A stretch of DNA of 35,324 bases from Octopus bimaculoides (taxonomy: Eukaryota), in contig NC_068991.1 of the NCBI RefSeq assembly GCF_001194135.2, forward strand, positions 29,279,375 to 29,314,698, read 5' to 3'. The notes below the pieces were generated by a model. That model saw only the letters and a program-made list of their open reading frames with translations. It did not search any database and had not been told where the DNA came from. This document shows, in pieces, positions 1 to 11,625 of the stretch. Numbering within the stretch: position 1 is the first letter of the stretch; every line of letters starts with the position of its first letter. The position numbers and the translations under genes are program-made.

Positions 1-166
1 AATACCGGTCTTCTCTAAATTTTATATATATATACATGTATGCATACATAGACATGACAGGAGTAAATAAACACTCAAACAAGCATCATTTTATGTTTAT
101 TTCAACTTAAAAAGCTTTGTTAACTGACATTCTTATGTTTCAGATTCAATATGTGACAGTTTAATC

Positions 167-1140
167 ATGCCACGTACAAAAAGAACCCTTGGAACTGTTC
201 GAATTTCAATGAGGCCTCACTGTGGGTCAATCTGAAGGTGGACTTAGAGTTAAATCGCAGAACACCTTGGGATTCCGCTTTCTACAGTTAATTGAGCTAT
301 TGTGCTATTCACCAGAGAAGGAAAGGAATGCATACAACCTCGCCCAGATGGAGTAGGGCACTCAGGTATGACCCTGGCTTTATGAAGAAAAGTGTGGAGG
401 ATAATCTTCGTTGTAAGGAATTTGACATAAGAGAACAAATTGATGTCAGTCTCAGAAAAGCTGTCAGATATTTCTACAAATTTGGCTACTATTGTAGAGC
501 AACAAGAAGGAAGCCATTTCTTCGACCAGCCAATATCATCTGGAGAAAAGATTGGTCTAGTGAGATGGTGGAGAGGCCACTAGCATTTTGGGACACTGTC
601 ATATTTTCTGATGAGTCCAGATTTGCTGTATTTTCCGACAGTGGTCGCGTGCGGGTCTGGAGACTCTGTGATCAACAATCTGACGTGAAAAGATTACAGC
701 AAACTATGAAATACGGTAGCTATTCTGTGATGCTTTGGGGAGCAGTTTGGAGCAATGGTCTATCAGAGCTGGTGGAGTGTGAGGGGAACATAGACTCAGA
801 TAAATATGTGCAGAAAGGACTCCTTCCAATCTTCTCTAGTGCTGAAATGATTACAGAAGACTATTTGTAGAAGATAGGTTCCTTGTCACACGACTAAAGA
901 GACCCAAGATTGCTTGGAAGACAGTGGCATTAAAAAGCTTCCAAGCCTGTCACGAGATATGAATTGGATACCTCTGGGGCATAAAGGACAGGGCACTTCA
1001 TAAAAAGAACAAGAAAGCATCCTCAAGGCGAGATCTATTCAGATTAGTGCATGAAACTTGGCAAGAAATTCCTCGAGAATATTCGTCATTTGTTCAGTAG
1101 CATGCCTAATAGGGTAATTGCATTGACCTACAAAATATTA
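167..1140 (+). mobile_element. Degenerate Tc1-family (DD34E-type) transposase remnant, in the intron after SLC22 exon 2
   Basis: ATG CCA CGT ACA (MPRT) at 167. ORF 292-870 has RKPFL...WDTVIFSDESRF...GRVRVWR...SVMLWGAV...ECEGNIDSDKY, the Tc1 first-Asp region. Downstream motifs are decayed (SRDMNWI for SPDLNPIE; SMPNRV near the C-terminus), with stops and frameshifts. TIRs not identified. Confidence 0.85.
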
Positions 1141-1257
1141 GATATTCATATTATAATGATTAATGAACAATTAATAAATAACTTGAAATTATAATATTAG
1201 ATTTAAATAATTTAAATGATTGTCTATTTACTCCTGTCATGTCTATATATGTAATTA

Positions 1258-1258
1258 T

Positions 1259-1307
<49 letters not shown>

Positions 1308-1455
1308 CCTTTCTCAATGTTAGAGCAAACCCACTTCTACTCAATTATTGGCCAAGCCGAAACAGTTCACCAGGCCAGTGTGTAGGTGAATCGAACTCGG
1401 TATCCAAACTAACAATAGAAACTTCATAACCAAAAGGCCATAAGTGCTTACTTGG
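1258..1455 (-). mobile_element. tRNA-derived SINE fragment with (CAT)n tail
   Basis: Minus strand has a B-box-like GAGTTCGATTC (1398-1388) and ends in about 16 copies of CAT (GAT run 1258-1306 on +). Confidence 0.5.
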
Positions 1456-2019
1456 GTTGTTCATTCGTGAAAATTAAGTTGTGTTGGTCTTAGGATATTT
1501 CCCATAGAAGAATTAAGTTCCATAGAAGAATGAAAGTATCAGCAGTATGGACCGGAGGATATGACCAACCTCGTATTCCGGTAGTTTAGGGACCTTTTCC
1601 ACATGGGAAAAAATGACAGGAAACTCCTTTAGTATGACAAAGCTAACGACGAACCCTCTCTGTATTCTAATGACCTGTTATAAATAGCAGACTAATCTCC
1701 CCCAAATCACACTATACCGTTTTAAAAATATGAAGGGATAACTATAATTATATTCCTATATAACTATATTAACTATTGGATAACTCTATTCCTAGATAAT
1801 CTACGTTTGAGTAAAGGTCTGATTGATCATGATGAGAATGATTTAAGCATAGGAATTCTCATTCAGGGTTGACTGGTCGCTAGACAGCAAAAGCAATTCT
1901 CTTTCAATATCGTATATCAGTTTAACTGTTCAAACATATATCTGAAAGCGGATGTGTTAGTGAAACAGAGAGGAAGAGAAGTGTAGGTTAAATAAGATCT
2001 AAAATATTAACATTCTTAC

Positions 2020-2216
2020 CTCTATCACAAAAGAGATATCTTTATTTGCTGAGAAGTTGTGTCCATTAATACAGGAGAGTTCATCCGTAATATTTTTCAA
2101 GCCACGAAATATGTTAATGTGACACTTCTCATAATTGATGACATCGTATGACGTCACGTTGTATATGGACAGCTGTTCCTCTGAGAGATCCTTGCATTGA
2201 TGATCTGGAGTATAAC
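2020..2216 (-). CDS. SLC22/organic cation transporter-like gene, second coding exon (large extracellular loop after TM1)
   Basis: Acceptor ttttcttttcag|GT at 2217/2216 and donor GAG|gtaaga at 2020/2019. 197 nt, phase 1 to phase 0, stop-free: (G)YTPDHQCKDLSEEQLSIYNVTSYDVINYEKCHINIFRGLKNITDELSCINGHNFSANKDISFVIE. It matches the SLC22 loop pattern (H-x-C ... C ... C ... S(F/I)VxE, normally followed by WDLVC), has three N-x-S/T sequons, and joins in frame to the 9190 donor. Confidence 0.88.
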
Positions 2217-2964
2217 CTGAAAAGAAAATGCTATTTCATAAACTCAAAGTTCCTTTAATTTGATGTTAACATTTCTGAGATAAGTTGTCATATAATTTTC
2301 TCATATTATTAACCCCATCTTTAAATATAAAACTACTGCGTTTTCATCAGTTTCGCCTCCAATCATCACAAAGCATTCTATTCCTGGATGTATACAAAAT
2401 AATAGACTGGATCCGAACCAGAAAATTTAATTTATTTCCCCTTTTAAAAAATATTTATTCTATTTGTTAACCGCCGTCTGTCTTCTCGTAATGTAAAAAC
2501 TGAAGTAGCCTCCGTTCAGCCTCCGAAAAATTAAAGAGTTTATGCAGTGGGTTTTGCAATGTGAGATAAAGAACTAAAAAAGAAGAGAAGGTGTTGGAAT
2601 GAGAATTGTAGAGTATGTACTAAGTGGGGTGTGTACTATTATTGGTTAACAGTTGAGTTGAATGTGAGCTGTGAGCTGGTAGAGATTACAGAAGGGAATG
2701 TATCGTATTATTTCATTGAGTGATAATTTCATAGTGTATGTTTTGTGCTATTTAAGATATGATATTGAAAGTGTTATTTGGAGTGCAGGTTGTGTCAAAC
2801 ACTAAACATGTTTTGACTGCGTGTAATGTTGTCTTCCTTGCAGAATATCTTGACCGTCGGACAAAATACTTTGCTTTATTCCGTTGCGGCACGTTACATT
2901 CTGACTTCACATACCATCGAGGTTTACTTGGTCTTCCATTCTTTCGAGATTGGTGAAATAAAGT

Positions 2965-3240
2965 ACCATTCAAGTACTGGGATCGATGTAATCGACTAAC
3001 TACCTGCTTATATAACTACCGGCCTTGTATCTAGATCAGAAAGTATTAGGACAGCGAGCAAGCAGAATCATTAGTGAGCCGGAAATAAAACATGCTTTGT
3101 GGTATTCTTTCAGTCTCTTTACATTCTGAGTTCAAACCTCTCCGAGATCAACTTTGCGGTTCATATTTTCGAAGTCGATAAAATGAAGTACCTGCCAATT
3201 ACCGGGGTCGGTGTAATCACTTCCATCAAACTATCTCGTG
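2965..3240 (+). mobile_element. Octopus-type tRNA-derived SINE: tail of one copy followed by a second, diverged copy
   Basis: gggatcgatgtaatcgacta...ggccttgt tail motif, then gcagaatcattag (A-box-like) and ctgagttcaaa (B-box-like). Homologous to copies at 5661-6285, 8731-8985 and 11895-12320. Confidence 0.7.
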
Positions 3241-4069
3241 TGAAACTTATAAAAAATACAACAAAAGCTATTAAACCTAATTTATTTAGCAGAGATGTTA
3301 CCTAGAGATTTGGTGATAATAAGTTTCCTCAGATTTCAGTAATCTTTCTTTCACAATTTGTTTCTTTGCCCTCTATAGTCGTACCTGGTCTTGTTACTGC
3401 TGTAGTATTGTCTGTATTTATGGAGAACTCCCATAAATACAGAAGTTATCATTCACCATACTGGAACTGAAGCATATTTATACCATTTTCCCATTATTTC
3501 AAATTCATACACTTCACTAACATCCTACTGCACTCTTTCATAGATATAGTCATGCCTGCATTGAAAATCTAATTATACTAGTTTACTGTACTTAGTTTCG
3601 AAATGGTTAATACTTTCGTCCCCTTCTCCACATATTCTGTATTTACTCTCTTATAAGTTTTACAACTCTTTGTATCAAGTTTGGTCCAATGGCTTTTTCT
3701 TTTGCGTCTATAATTAGTGATTCGGTGTCTCGTTTCAGGTTTCCATCTGTCAAACACCACTAGTGTTAGTGTTCTTTCTTCTGACTATCGTTGAACAAGT
3801 TCACACATGAAATAATTTTTGTGTTGCTTTGAATTCTTGAACGTGGACATTGCTCACTGCAATGTCTCACAAAGAGAGGAGGCTTTCTCTGAAGACATCA
3901 TAACATCGCTGTTTGGGAAAGCCGAGAGTGACAAAAAAGATACCCAAAATGATTAAAGGAGACTTGACTGCTGTCTGGGTAAGTGTCATTTACACAGAAA
4001 AAAGGAAAATCCCACGGAGCCAACAACCTGACATTCACAAACAGATTTTGCGCGAAATACTCACTCATG

Positions 4070-4965
4070 CTTGTGTATATGAAAAGGTTCTGGGACTAGT
4101 TATATTTAATAGAATATAACTTATTTACCTAAATTTTAATATCATCTCCTTCGAAATAGTCACCTTGCACAGCGTTCCGGCTACTTTTGAAATCCAGTCG
4201 TTTTTCGTGAGTCGAAAACCTTCTGCGATTTAATCTAGATCTCGACAACGGTGTTAAAGCAGCGACCTCTGAGCTGCATTTTCGTTTTGAGAAAGAGATG
4301 GAAGTCCGTAGGTGCTAAATCTGGCGAATACGGTTGGTGCAGAAACGATACCATGTTGTTCTTGGTGAGAAACACGCGAGTGAGGAGAGCTCGGTGACAG
4401 GATGCATTGTCGTCATAAAGAATTCAATTTTTCGCTTTCCACAGATCCGGTCGCTTTCGCCGAATGTCATCCATCAAAGGCTTCAAAACGTCGCTGTAGA
4501 ACTATCGATTGTCTGTGTGGAACTGTGGGACGAATTCTCGATGCACAATACCACTTTCCAGGGTGTGACGCTTGTAGCAGGTCTTCCAGATCGCTCATAA
4601 TCTTCCAGGGTCGTTCTTCCCCTTTTGAAGTTCCCAGTACCACTCAAAGCATTGCGTAAGACCCATTGCCTCGTTGCCATAAGCTTGCCAAAATATGCTC
4701 AATGTCTCCGTAGCAGACTTTCCAGGTTTAACGCAAAATTTCACGTTGGCTCTTTATTCTTGTCCGTGACAGAATCACAGACTACAGCATATACGTAATA
4801 ACAAAGACACAAATTCCACAATTTGCGAAATAAAGACAGCATTGTCACTCGGCACACTGCCTTATTTATGTGACTGCTAGTTCTCATTGTGCACGCAACT
4901 GTGTGCTGCCATCCGTTGGCGCGCTACAGAACTAGTCCCAGAACTTTTTGGCTGGACAACATTAT
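4070..4965 (-). mobile_element. Internally deleted mariner element (D34D) with both TIRs
   Basis: Inverted repeats 4082-4101 (aaaaggttctgggactagtt) and 4930-4949 match 19/20. Minus strand reads RANVKFCVKPGKSATETL...QCFEWY...FKRGRTTLEDYERSGRP (N-terminal HTH), then jumps to GIVHREFVP...DDNASCH...HQPYSPDLAPTDF, with 34 residues between the last two Asp. Stops are present. Confidence 0.9.
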
Positions 4966-5660
4966 AAAAGTGTCACCATTGAAGGTATAGCAAATGATTG
5001 TATCCCTTCGTTTGACACTTTATTGAAGCCATGGATATGTACTAAACGCTAGATAAAGAAAAATCATGTGTCGGGAGGTGATCAGCATTGACTTGCCAGC
5101 CCTAAGGCCCACAATACTACTCTAGAATCTAACCTTGTTGTAGGCTCTGAGTTTAAGGCAATACGACTGGTGGTGTAGGATAGAAAACCCAGTCGTTATA
5201 CTTGTGACAGAAAAAGCCACTTGAAGACTAATCAGGGTTTTCAGGCTCATGTTCTGGTTGCACCGGTTGCAGATCTGAAATGGTCGAAATTTGTATCTCG
5301 TTTCAGGTTTCAGACGCAAACGTTGACAAAACACACTGTCCCATCTAGGAAAGTGGAAGAAATCAACTCAGGCCCGATCTAAAAAAAAAAAACAAAAGCA
5401 AACAATAACCAATTAAACTGTCTCCCTACCATAATTAACAACAACAGTTCCACTCCATCGTTTTCTGACGAAAGGAATAGAAAATAAATTTGCAAACAGT
5501 ACCAGAAAACACATTAAGGGAAAGAAAAAGAAAGACTTTGGTTGGGCCATCCGTTTCACTTTAGTAAGGGAAAACCTTTTCATTATTCAGTTACTTCGTA
5601 GCAAAAATAATAAAAGTTCTTACATGAATTTATTCTCAAGTTACTTATTTTGTGGTTAAT

Positions 5661-6285
5661 ATTAATAATAATCCCTTCTACTATAGGCACAATGCCTGAA
5701 ATTTTGGAGGAGGTGAATAGTCGATTACATCGACCTCAGTGTTTCACTGGTGTTTGATTTATCCACCCCGAAAGGATGAAAGGCAAACTCGAGATTCACG
5801 GAACTTGAACTCAGAACGTGCAGACAGACGAAGTGCCGCAAAGCATTTTGCCCGGCGTGCTAACGATTCCGTCAGTTCGCCGCCTTAGTAATCCCTTCTA
5901 CTATAGGCACAATGCCTGAAATTTGGTCGGAGTGGATAAGTCGATCACATCGACCAAAGTACTTGACAGGTACTTATTTCATCGACCCTGAAGAGGTGAA
6001 AGGCAAAGTCAACCTCAGCGGAGTTTGAAGTCAGAATGCAAAGGCGGACAAAATACCTATTTCGTTATTGCCCACAAGGGGCTAAACATAGAGGGAACAA
6101 ACAAGAACAGACGAACGGATTAAGTCGATTACATCGACCCCAGTGCGTAACTGGTACTTAATTTATCGACCCCGAAAGGATGAAAGGCAAAGTCGACCTC
6201 GGCGGAATTTGAACTCAGAACGTAACGGCGGACAAAATACCGCTAAGCATTTTGGCCGGCGTGCTAACGATTCTGCCATCTCGTC
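5661..6285 (-). mobile_element. Three head-to-tail copies of octopus-type tRNA SINE
   Basis: Repeated blocks aatcccttctactataggcacaatgcctgaaat...gtcgattacatcgacc...gaaaggatgaaaggcaaa...gaactcagaacg...ggcgtgctaacgattc at about 5661-5885, 5887-6060 (5'-truncated) and 6061-6285 (variant tail). Confidence 0.85.

Positions 6286-6348
<63 letters not shown>
6286..6348. repeat. (AAT)n microsatellite
   Basis: About 20 perfect AAT units. Confidence 0.95.
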
Positions 6349-6352
6349 CCTA

Positions 6353-6395
6353 TCACATATAGCATTTCGGTCGAAACTAGACTTCTTCAGTGTGA
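6353..6395 (-). ncRNA. Minimal type I hammerhead ribozyme motif (Penelope-like-element type)
   Basis: Minus strand: TCACA CTGAAGA AGTC tagtttc GACC GAAA T gct A TA TGTGA. Core CUGANGA/GAAA/UH, helix I UCACA:UGUGA, helix II GUC:GAC with an A.C closing mismatch, and a 2-bp helix III. Confidence 0.6.
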
Positions 6396-8104
6396 AGTTG
6401 AATTTATGACTCTGAAGATGAGGACAGATATAATTCTTCAGATGAGAAAGTTAGTGACTGAGTGTATTCATGAGTTTTTTTTACCAAATCAGAAAGGCAA
6501 ATAGATAGACAGACAAATATCTCGCATGACAGTGAGAATACAGGATACATTCACATATTTACTGCTTTAAACTTTGTTAAACTTGTTTTAAGTAAAGCAT
6601 GCCATTTCACGCTGCGCCATTCCTACAGCTGAAAACGAATAGCATCTAAGTGATGGAGCAGCCCCACCCCACTTCGACTGTCACATCGTCTGTCTTCCGC
6701 TGAGTCAAGTGTGGAAGGGCCGAGAGAAAGTCTCTCTGTTGGTGGTTTCATAGACATCCAAAAGAGTTAGCGAAGGCACGGTACATTTATATGACGATTA
6801 TGGTGGGGACTGAGATCGCTGAAGTTTGGCATAAGCAATATGTGGAATTTTATGATTATTTTATTCACCCCAAAATAATTTAGATATAAATCTACAGGTG
6901 AATGGTATAGTGGGTAAAATGAGGTCGGTGGGGTTATGATCGTAAAATAAATGAAGGCACTTTTTTACTTTTTCTTTGTTTATCCACCTCCACAATGGAG
7001 TTCTTATCTGACAGAAATGAAGATATCGTGTCACTCAAGTTATTTTGTGTAATTTTCATTCTATTCTATTGTAGACTACTACAGTTTCACTGGGTCTGGT
7101 GGGAGCATGGTTCAAGGGAGAAGCGGACTTCAGACAATAACCTATCTTAAATATACTGTCAGACAACAATACTCGATCGATGGAACATTTTGTGTACATT
7201 ATTTAATGTTATAACAGTTGGATTCGACCCTACATTTTGCCACTTAGAAATCACAAGTGGATCATGTGCACAAACCTATGATACAACAAACTTAAAATCA
7301 GTAAATATTAATGTCCTCTCTATTCCCATTGTGAAACTTGCATCGAATATCGTGTGCTGAAGGTTTCCAATCTTTTGGGAAGGTAAAGTCAATAAAATCA
7401 GTCCAATTCTTAATTGGTATTTCATCAGTTCTTGAAGAATAAATGACAAAGTGCAGCTAGAGAGATTTGAACCTACAACGTAAGGACAGTAACTAAATAA
7501 AGTTATTTCAAATTAAAAGCTACTTTTTTATGTATACAATCATGCTTATATAGACATCTGCACACATGCATACAAACACCTACACATACTCAGTTACATA
7601 TACATGTACAGATCTAAACGCACTTACATATATGCACACACACACACACACATGTACATGCACATGTATATACATATACACGGACAAACGCTCACACACA
7701 TATCTATACGGGATCGTGTGCGTACATTTTCAATGACGATTAACGGACTTTTCTGGTAGTTAGGCACCTTATCCAAGGGAGATTAATCTGCTGTCTGCTT
7801 TACTTTAGTTTTATGATAATGCAGCATCAAGACAACAAGCTACCTTAAAGATGTACCCAGACAAAAAAATACTCGTTCCATGGATAATTGTGTATACGTA
7901 ATCTAATTCGTTGAGAGCAAATCAACATCTAGGAAGGGGAAGACTAATTTTCATCTTCGAAGGCTAATGCAACAGAGCCCTGCTCAAAACAAATTACAAT
8001 TTACAAGGACTTACTTTATTCTGTAATTTCTCCCACTAGTTTCGGTCTGTGGCTAAGGCTGGATTACTGTATTTTTTAATATATTCGATATTTTCTTTTT
8101 AATT

Positions 8105-8310
8105 TTGCTACGAGGCCAGCAGTTTTGAGGGGAAGAGAAAGTCGATTATATCAACCTCAATACCTGACTGGTACTTTATTTCATCGAACATAAAAGGAAT
8201 GAAATACACAGGTGACATCGGCAGAATTTAAACACAGAATCGTAAGAAATGCCGTCAGGCATTTTGTCTGACATGCTAAAGATTTTGGCAGATGTTCACC
8301 TTAATATATT
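8105..8310 (-). mobile_element. Old, diverged copy of octopus-type tRNA SINE
   Basis: gtcgattatatcaacc...actggtactttatttcatcga...aatgccgtcaggcattttgtctgacatgctaaaga, similar to the copies at 5661-6285. Confidence 0.6.
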
Positions 8311-8332
8311 TGATAATATTCCTTTCAGCAGA

Positions 8333-8455
8333 GGCGCAGGCGTGGCCGTGGTAAGAAGTTTGCTGCCCAGCCATATGGTTCCAGGTTCAGTTCCACCGTG
8401 TGGCACCTTGGGCAAGTGTCTTTTACTATAGCATCGAGCCGACCAAATTTTTGTG
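8333..8455 (+). mobile_element. tRNA-derived CORE-type SINE 5' part (second family)
   Basis: ggcgtggccgtggtaag (A-box-like), ggttcagttcc (B-box-like), then caccttgggcaagtgtctt, which resembles the CORE-domain ccttgggcaagt. Confidence 0.6.
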
Positions 8456-8459
8456 AGGG

Positions 8460-8985
8460 TGTTAGTCGATTACCTTAATCCCAGTACTTGACTGGTACTT
8501 ATTTTATTGGCCCCCTCCACCGCTACCGAAATAATGAAACGAAATTTGAACTCAGAACGTAAAGCCTGACGAAATGCCGCCAAGCTTTTTCTTCGGCGTG
8601 CTAGCGTGTCTACCAGCTCGTCGCCTTTAAAGTTTGTGTAGGCAAGAGATTGTTATCGTCTACTTAATTTGAACTGGAACTCAAATGTGAAACAACTACT
8701 GCAAGATGTGTTACTCCGTTGCACAACCACAATAATAATAATCCTTTCTACTGATGGCACAAGGCCTGAAATTTGGGGTAGCGGTTAAGTCGATTACATC
8801 GGCCCCAGTACTCATTTGGTACTTAATCTATCGATCCCAAGAGGATGAAAGGCAAAGTTGACCTCGGTGGAATTCGAACTGAAAGTGGGCCTCGGTAGAA
8901 TTTGAATCCACAAGGTAAAGCATTGGGAGAAATGTCGTTAAGTATTTTATCCGATGTGCCAATGATTCTGCCATCCTGCTGCTTG
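8460..8985 (-). mobile_element. Two further octopus-type SINE copies (about 8460-8628 and 8731-8985)
   Basis: Same motifs (gtcgattac..., gaactcagaacg, ggcgtgctag; aataataatcctttctact...ggcacaaggcctgaaat). The second copy has a locally duplicated ggaattcgaac/gaatttgaatc segment. Confidence 0.8.
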
Positions 8986-9189
8986 AAGAAGTGGAGTAGA
9001 ACTAGGGAATATATTTCTTATTGACAAAATGACTCCATCCCTAAGATCAGGAATCTTGTAAATTTAATACAAAAGTGATTTTTAAAAATTATATAATCAC
9101 TTATTTTCTGTATATTTACGATGTATGACACAATTCTATGGTAAGTATAAATGAAGTGGAGAATAAAATGTAATGTATATATAACTTAC

Positions 9190-9334
9190 CTATTGCCAGG
9201 AATAGGAAAAGACTATGAGATACAATCAAAAGAGAAGACGAAACAACTAGCAGCTGCCTAATTTGGTAATTACCATAAGTCTTTAAATTGATGAATAGAT
9301 TATCCAAATCATAAACGGCCTGTGTACCAGCCAT
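9190..9334 (-). CDS. SLC22/organic cation transporter-like gene, first coding exon 1a (N-terminal tail plus TM1)
   Basis: ATG at 9334; MAGTQAVYDLDNLFINLKTYGNYQIRQLLVVSSSLLIVSHSLFLFLAI plus G, then donor G|gtaagt at 9190/9189 (145 nt, phase 1). Fits the SLC22 N-terminal pattern (F/L)Dxxxxxxxx(F/Y)Gx(Y/F)Q followed by a hydrophobic helix, and splices in frame to 2216. Confidence 0.85.
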
Positions 9335-9629
9335 CTACGAAGCTTGTGGCCTTGTTATTGGTTGATGATATTATTGGTATTGTTTTCAGTGATCAATAAT
9401 AGTCGCCGTGAAGTTGTCGCTGTTATGCTGTGAAATCGCTGTTCTTATTATATTGGTGTGGTTAATATTGTTAGCGGTCGTAGTGATATTGTTCTTAATG
9501 GCGGAGTTGTTCTTTCGTGACTGTGATGGTAGTGGTTGTTGGTTGTTGGTCGAGCTAGTGCTTACGATGGCGGGGGTGGTGCGTGGTGGTGGTAGTGGTA
9601 ATGATTGTATGATATATTCCATATATCGA

Positions 9630-9788
9630 TCTTCTTCTTCTTCTTCTTCTGCTTCTTCTTCTTCTTCTTCTTCTTCTTCTTCTTCTTCTTCTTCTTCTTC
9701 TTCTTCTTCTTCTTCTTCTTCTTCTTCTTCTTCTTCTTCTTCTTCTTCTTCTTCTTCTTCTTCTTCTTCCTCCTCCTCCTCCTCCTCC
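9630..9788. repeat. (TTC)n then (CCT)n polypyrimidine/polypurine microsatellite
   Basis: Near-perfect TTC run of about 140 bp with one G interruption, followed by CCT units. It explains the poly-E, poly-S, poly-R and poly-F ORFs. Confidence 0.95.
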
Positions 9789-9984
9789 ACTTACTAAGCC
9801 GTCTGAACCTTTTAACCTTTCATTTACCCATAAGTTCATATATTCTTTGTTTCTGGCCTTTATTCTATCGTTCGATCATTCAGCCATTTATTCAGCGGTT
9901 CCACTTTTAAATCTTAACAACTTCATTCCATTCATATAGGAGACCAAATACTGAACACATACACAGACACACACATACCTTTAT

Positions 9985-10349
9985 ATGTTATATATATATA
10001 TATATATATACATATGTACGTATGCATGTATGTATGTATGTATGTATGTATGTATGTATGTATGTATGTATGCATATATGTAAAAATACTCACACACGGA
10101 CACACACGGTGAGGTTAAAATCAGGAAAAAGAAAGGAAGAATGATGATCGGGGAAAGCAAAAAAGCAGTTCATTTGGACAGATATTTTAATTTAATCAAC
10201 GTTAACCTTCCTCCTCCTCCTCATCATCATCATTATCATCATCATCATCGTTATTATCATTGTCAATTTAGCTATTGTCTTACATATCAAATTCAAAGAA
10301 TATGAAATGTGGATGAGACAAACAGCAGCACCAACACCACCACTTCTAA

Positions 10350-10418
<69 letters not shown>

Positions 10419-10521
10419 GCTGTTGTTGTTGTTATTGTTAAATTATTTTCAGAGTGTCTGAGCATAGCTACAGGATGTACCTAGGTAAGTACGGGTGGTA
10501 GATGAGGGAAAGATGGAAAAT

Positions 10522-10561
<40 letters not shown>

Positions 10562-10849
10562 AAAAGAAAGAAAGAATGAATGGATGAATGAATGAAAAAA
10601 GAAAGAAGGAAATTGTGTATAAGGCTTAGACAGAGAAAGAAAGGGAGAGAGTGTGAGTGAAAAAGGGTGTGAGATGCAAGGGAATAAAATTGAGTTGTGA
10701 CGTCAATTCAAATAATTTGGTCCATCCGTAGTTTTGAACTTCCCTTGTAACCTACATATATTAAATGATGTCTAACAACATCCTGATGAAGAATCTGTCT
10801 GTCTATCTATCTATCTATCTATCTATCTGTTTGTCAATTCATCTGTCCA

Positions 10850-10910
<61 letters not shown>

Positions 10911-10980
10911 CTGTATATTACACAGTTACACATATATACATACACACACACACATATGCACACACGCGCACACACACATG
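9985..10980. repeat. Compound microsatellite cluster: (TA)n, (TATG)n, (CAT)n, (TTA)n, (AGAT)n, (TATC)n, (TC)n, (CA)n
   Basis: Directly visible simple-repeat runs. Confidence 0.9.
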
Positions 10981-11439
10981 TAACAGTTTACAGATATTTT
11001 TTACGAATAAAACTGGAGAACTCTGTACTTTCAGAGGAATAAAACATGTTGTTATATAGTCTGTTATTGGTAATACATCGCAATTTTTTTTGAAAAACAG
11101 TCATCATAAGATGCTTTCTATCAGTTCCGTGAGATATATGAGTTATCATTACGTTGTGTAACCGATGATTTTATTTTGGCTAGAGAATAATATTGTGAGA
11201 TACATGGCTCATTACATATAAATATTATTAGGTGTGGTCTATTTCCCTTTGCTATATAGAAGAAGAAAGACTTTAAGATAATTAAGTTGAAGAATTTTAA
11301 ATGTATTTCTGAGGAAAAGAGGAGATAAATAAACACTTCCTAAATATACCATAGAGTGCATTTGATAAAGTGTGATGAAATAAGGATTCTCTGTTAGTGA
11401 TAAAAGGAAAGAAATGTGTATTTGTTTGTATTCGTTTGT

Positions 11440-11451
11440 ATGTATGTGTAT

Positions 11452-11497
<46 letters not shown>

Positions 11498-11568
11498 NNN
11501 NNNNNNNNNNNNNNNNNNNNNNNNNNNNNNNNNNNNNNNNNNNNNNNNNNNNNNNNNNNNNNNNNNNN

Positions 11569-11614
<46 letters not shown>

Positions 11615-11625
11615 CGAGAGAGATC
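11440..11625. repeat. (GT)n and (GA)n microsatellites flanking an assembly gap
   Basis: Directly visible; N gap at 11498-11568. Confidence 0.9.

Noticed and set aside
600-625. ctgatgag motif resembling a hammerhead core
   Set aside because: It is the FSDES codon sequence of the Tc1 transposase, with no matching GAAA or helices.
3725-5312. 16-nt direct match tctcgtttcaggtttc at about 3729 and 5297, both giving KPETR on the minus strand (echoing the SLC22 LPET motif)
   Set aside because: No homology beyond the core and no suitable splice context. A single 16-mer match in 35 kb of AT-rich DNA is plausible by chance.
6540-6860. Weak YKCTV similarity to a GIY-YIG domain upstream of the hammerhead motif
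   Set aside because: No YIG motif and several stops; too weak to call.
9386-9910. Poly-E, poly-S, poly-R and poly-F ORFs, including 9386-9790 in frame with exon 1a
   Set aside because: They are translations of the TTC/CCT microsatellite. Three stop codons separate the poly-E ORF from the exon 1a ATG, so it is not an N-terminal extension.
11121-11336. ORF after a strong ttttcctcag acceptor on the minus strand
   Set aside because: The peptide is typical AT-rich noise with no SLC22 similarity, and no convincing donor was found.
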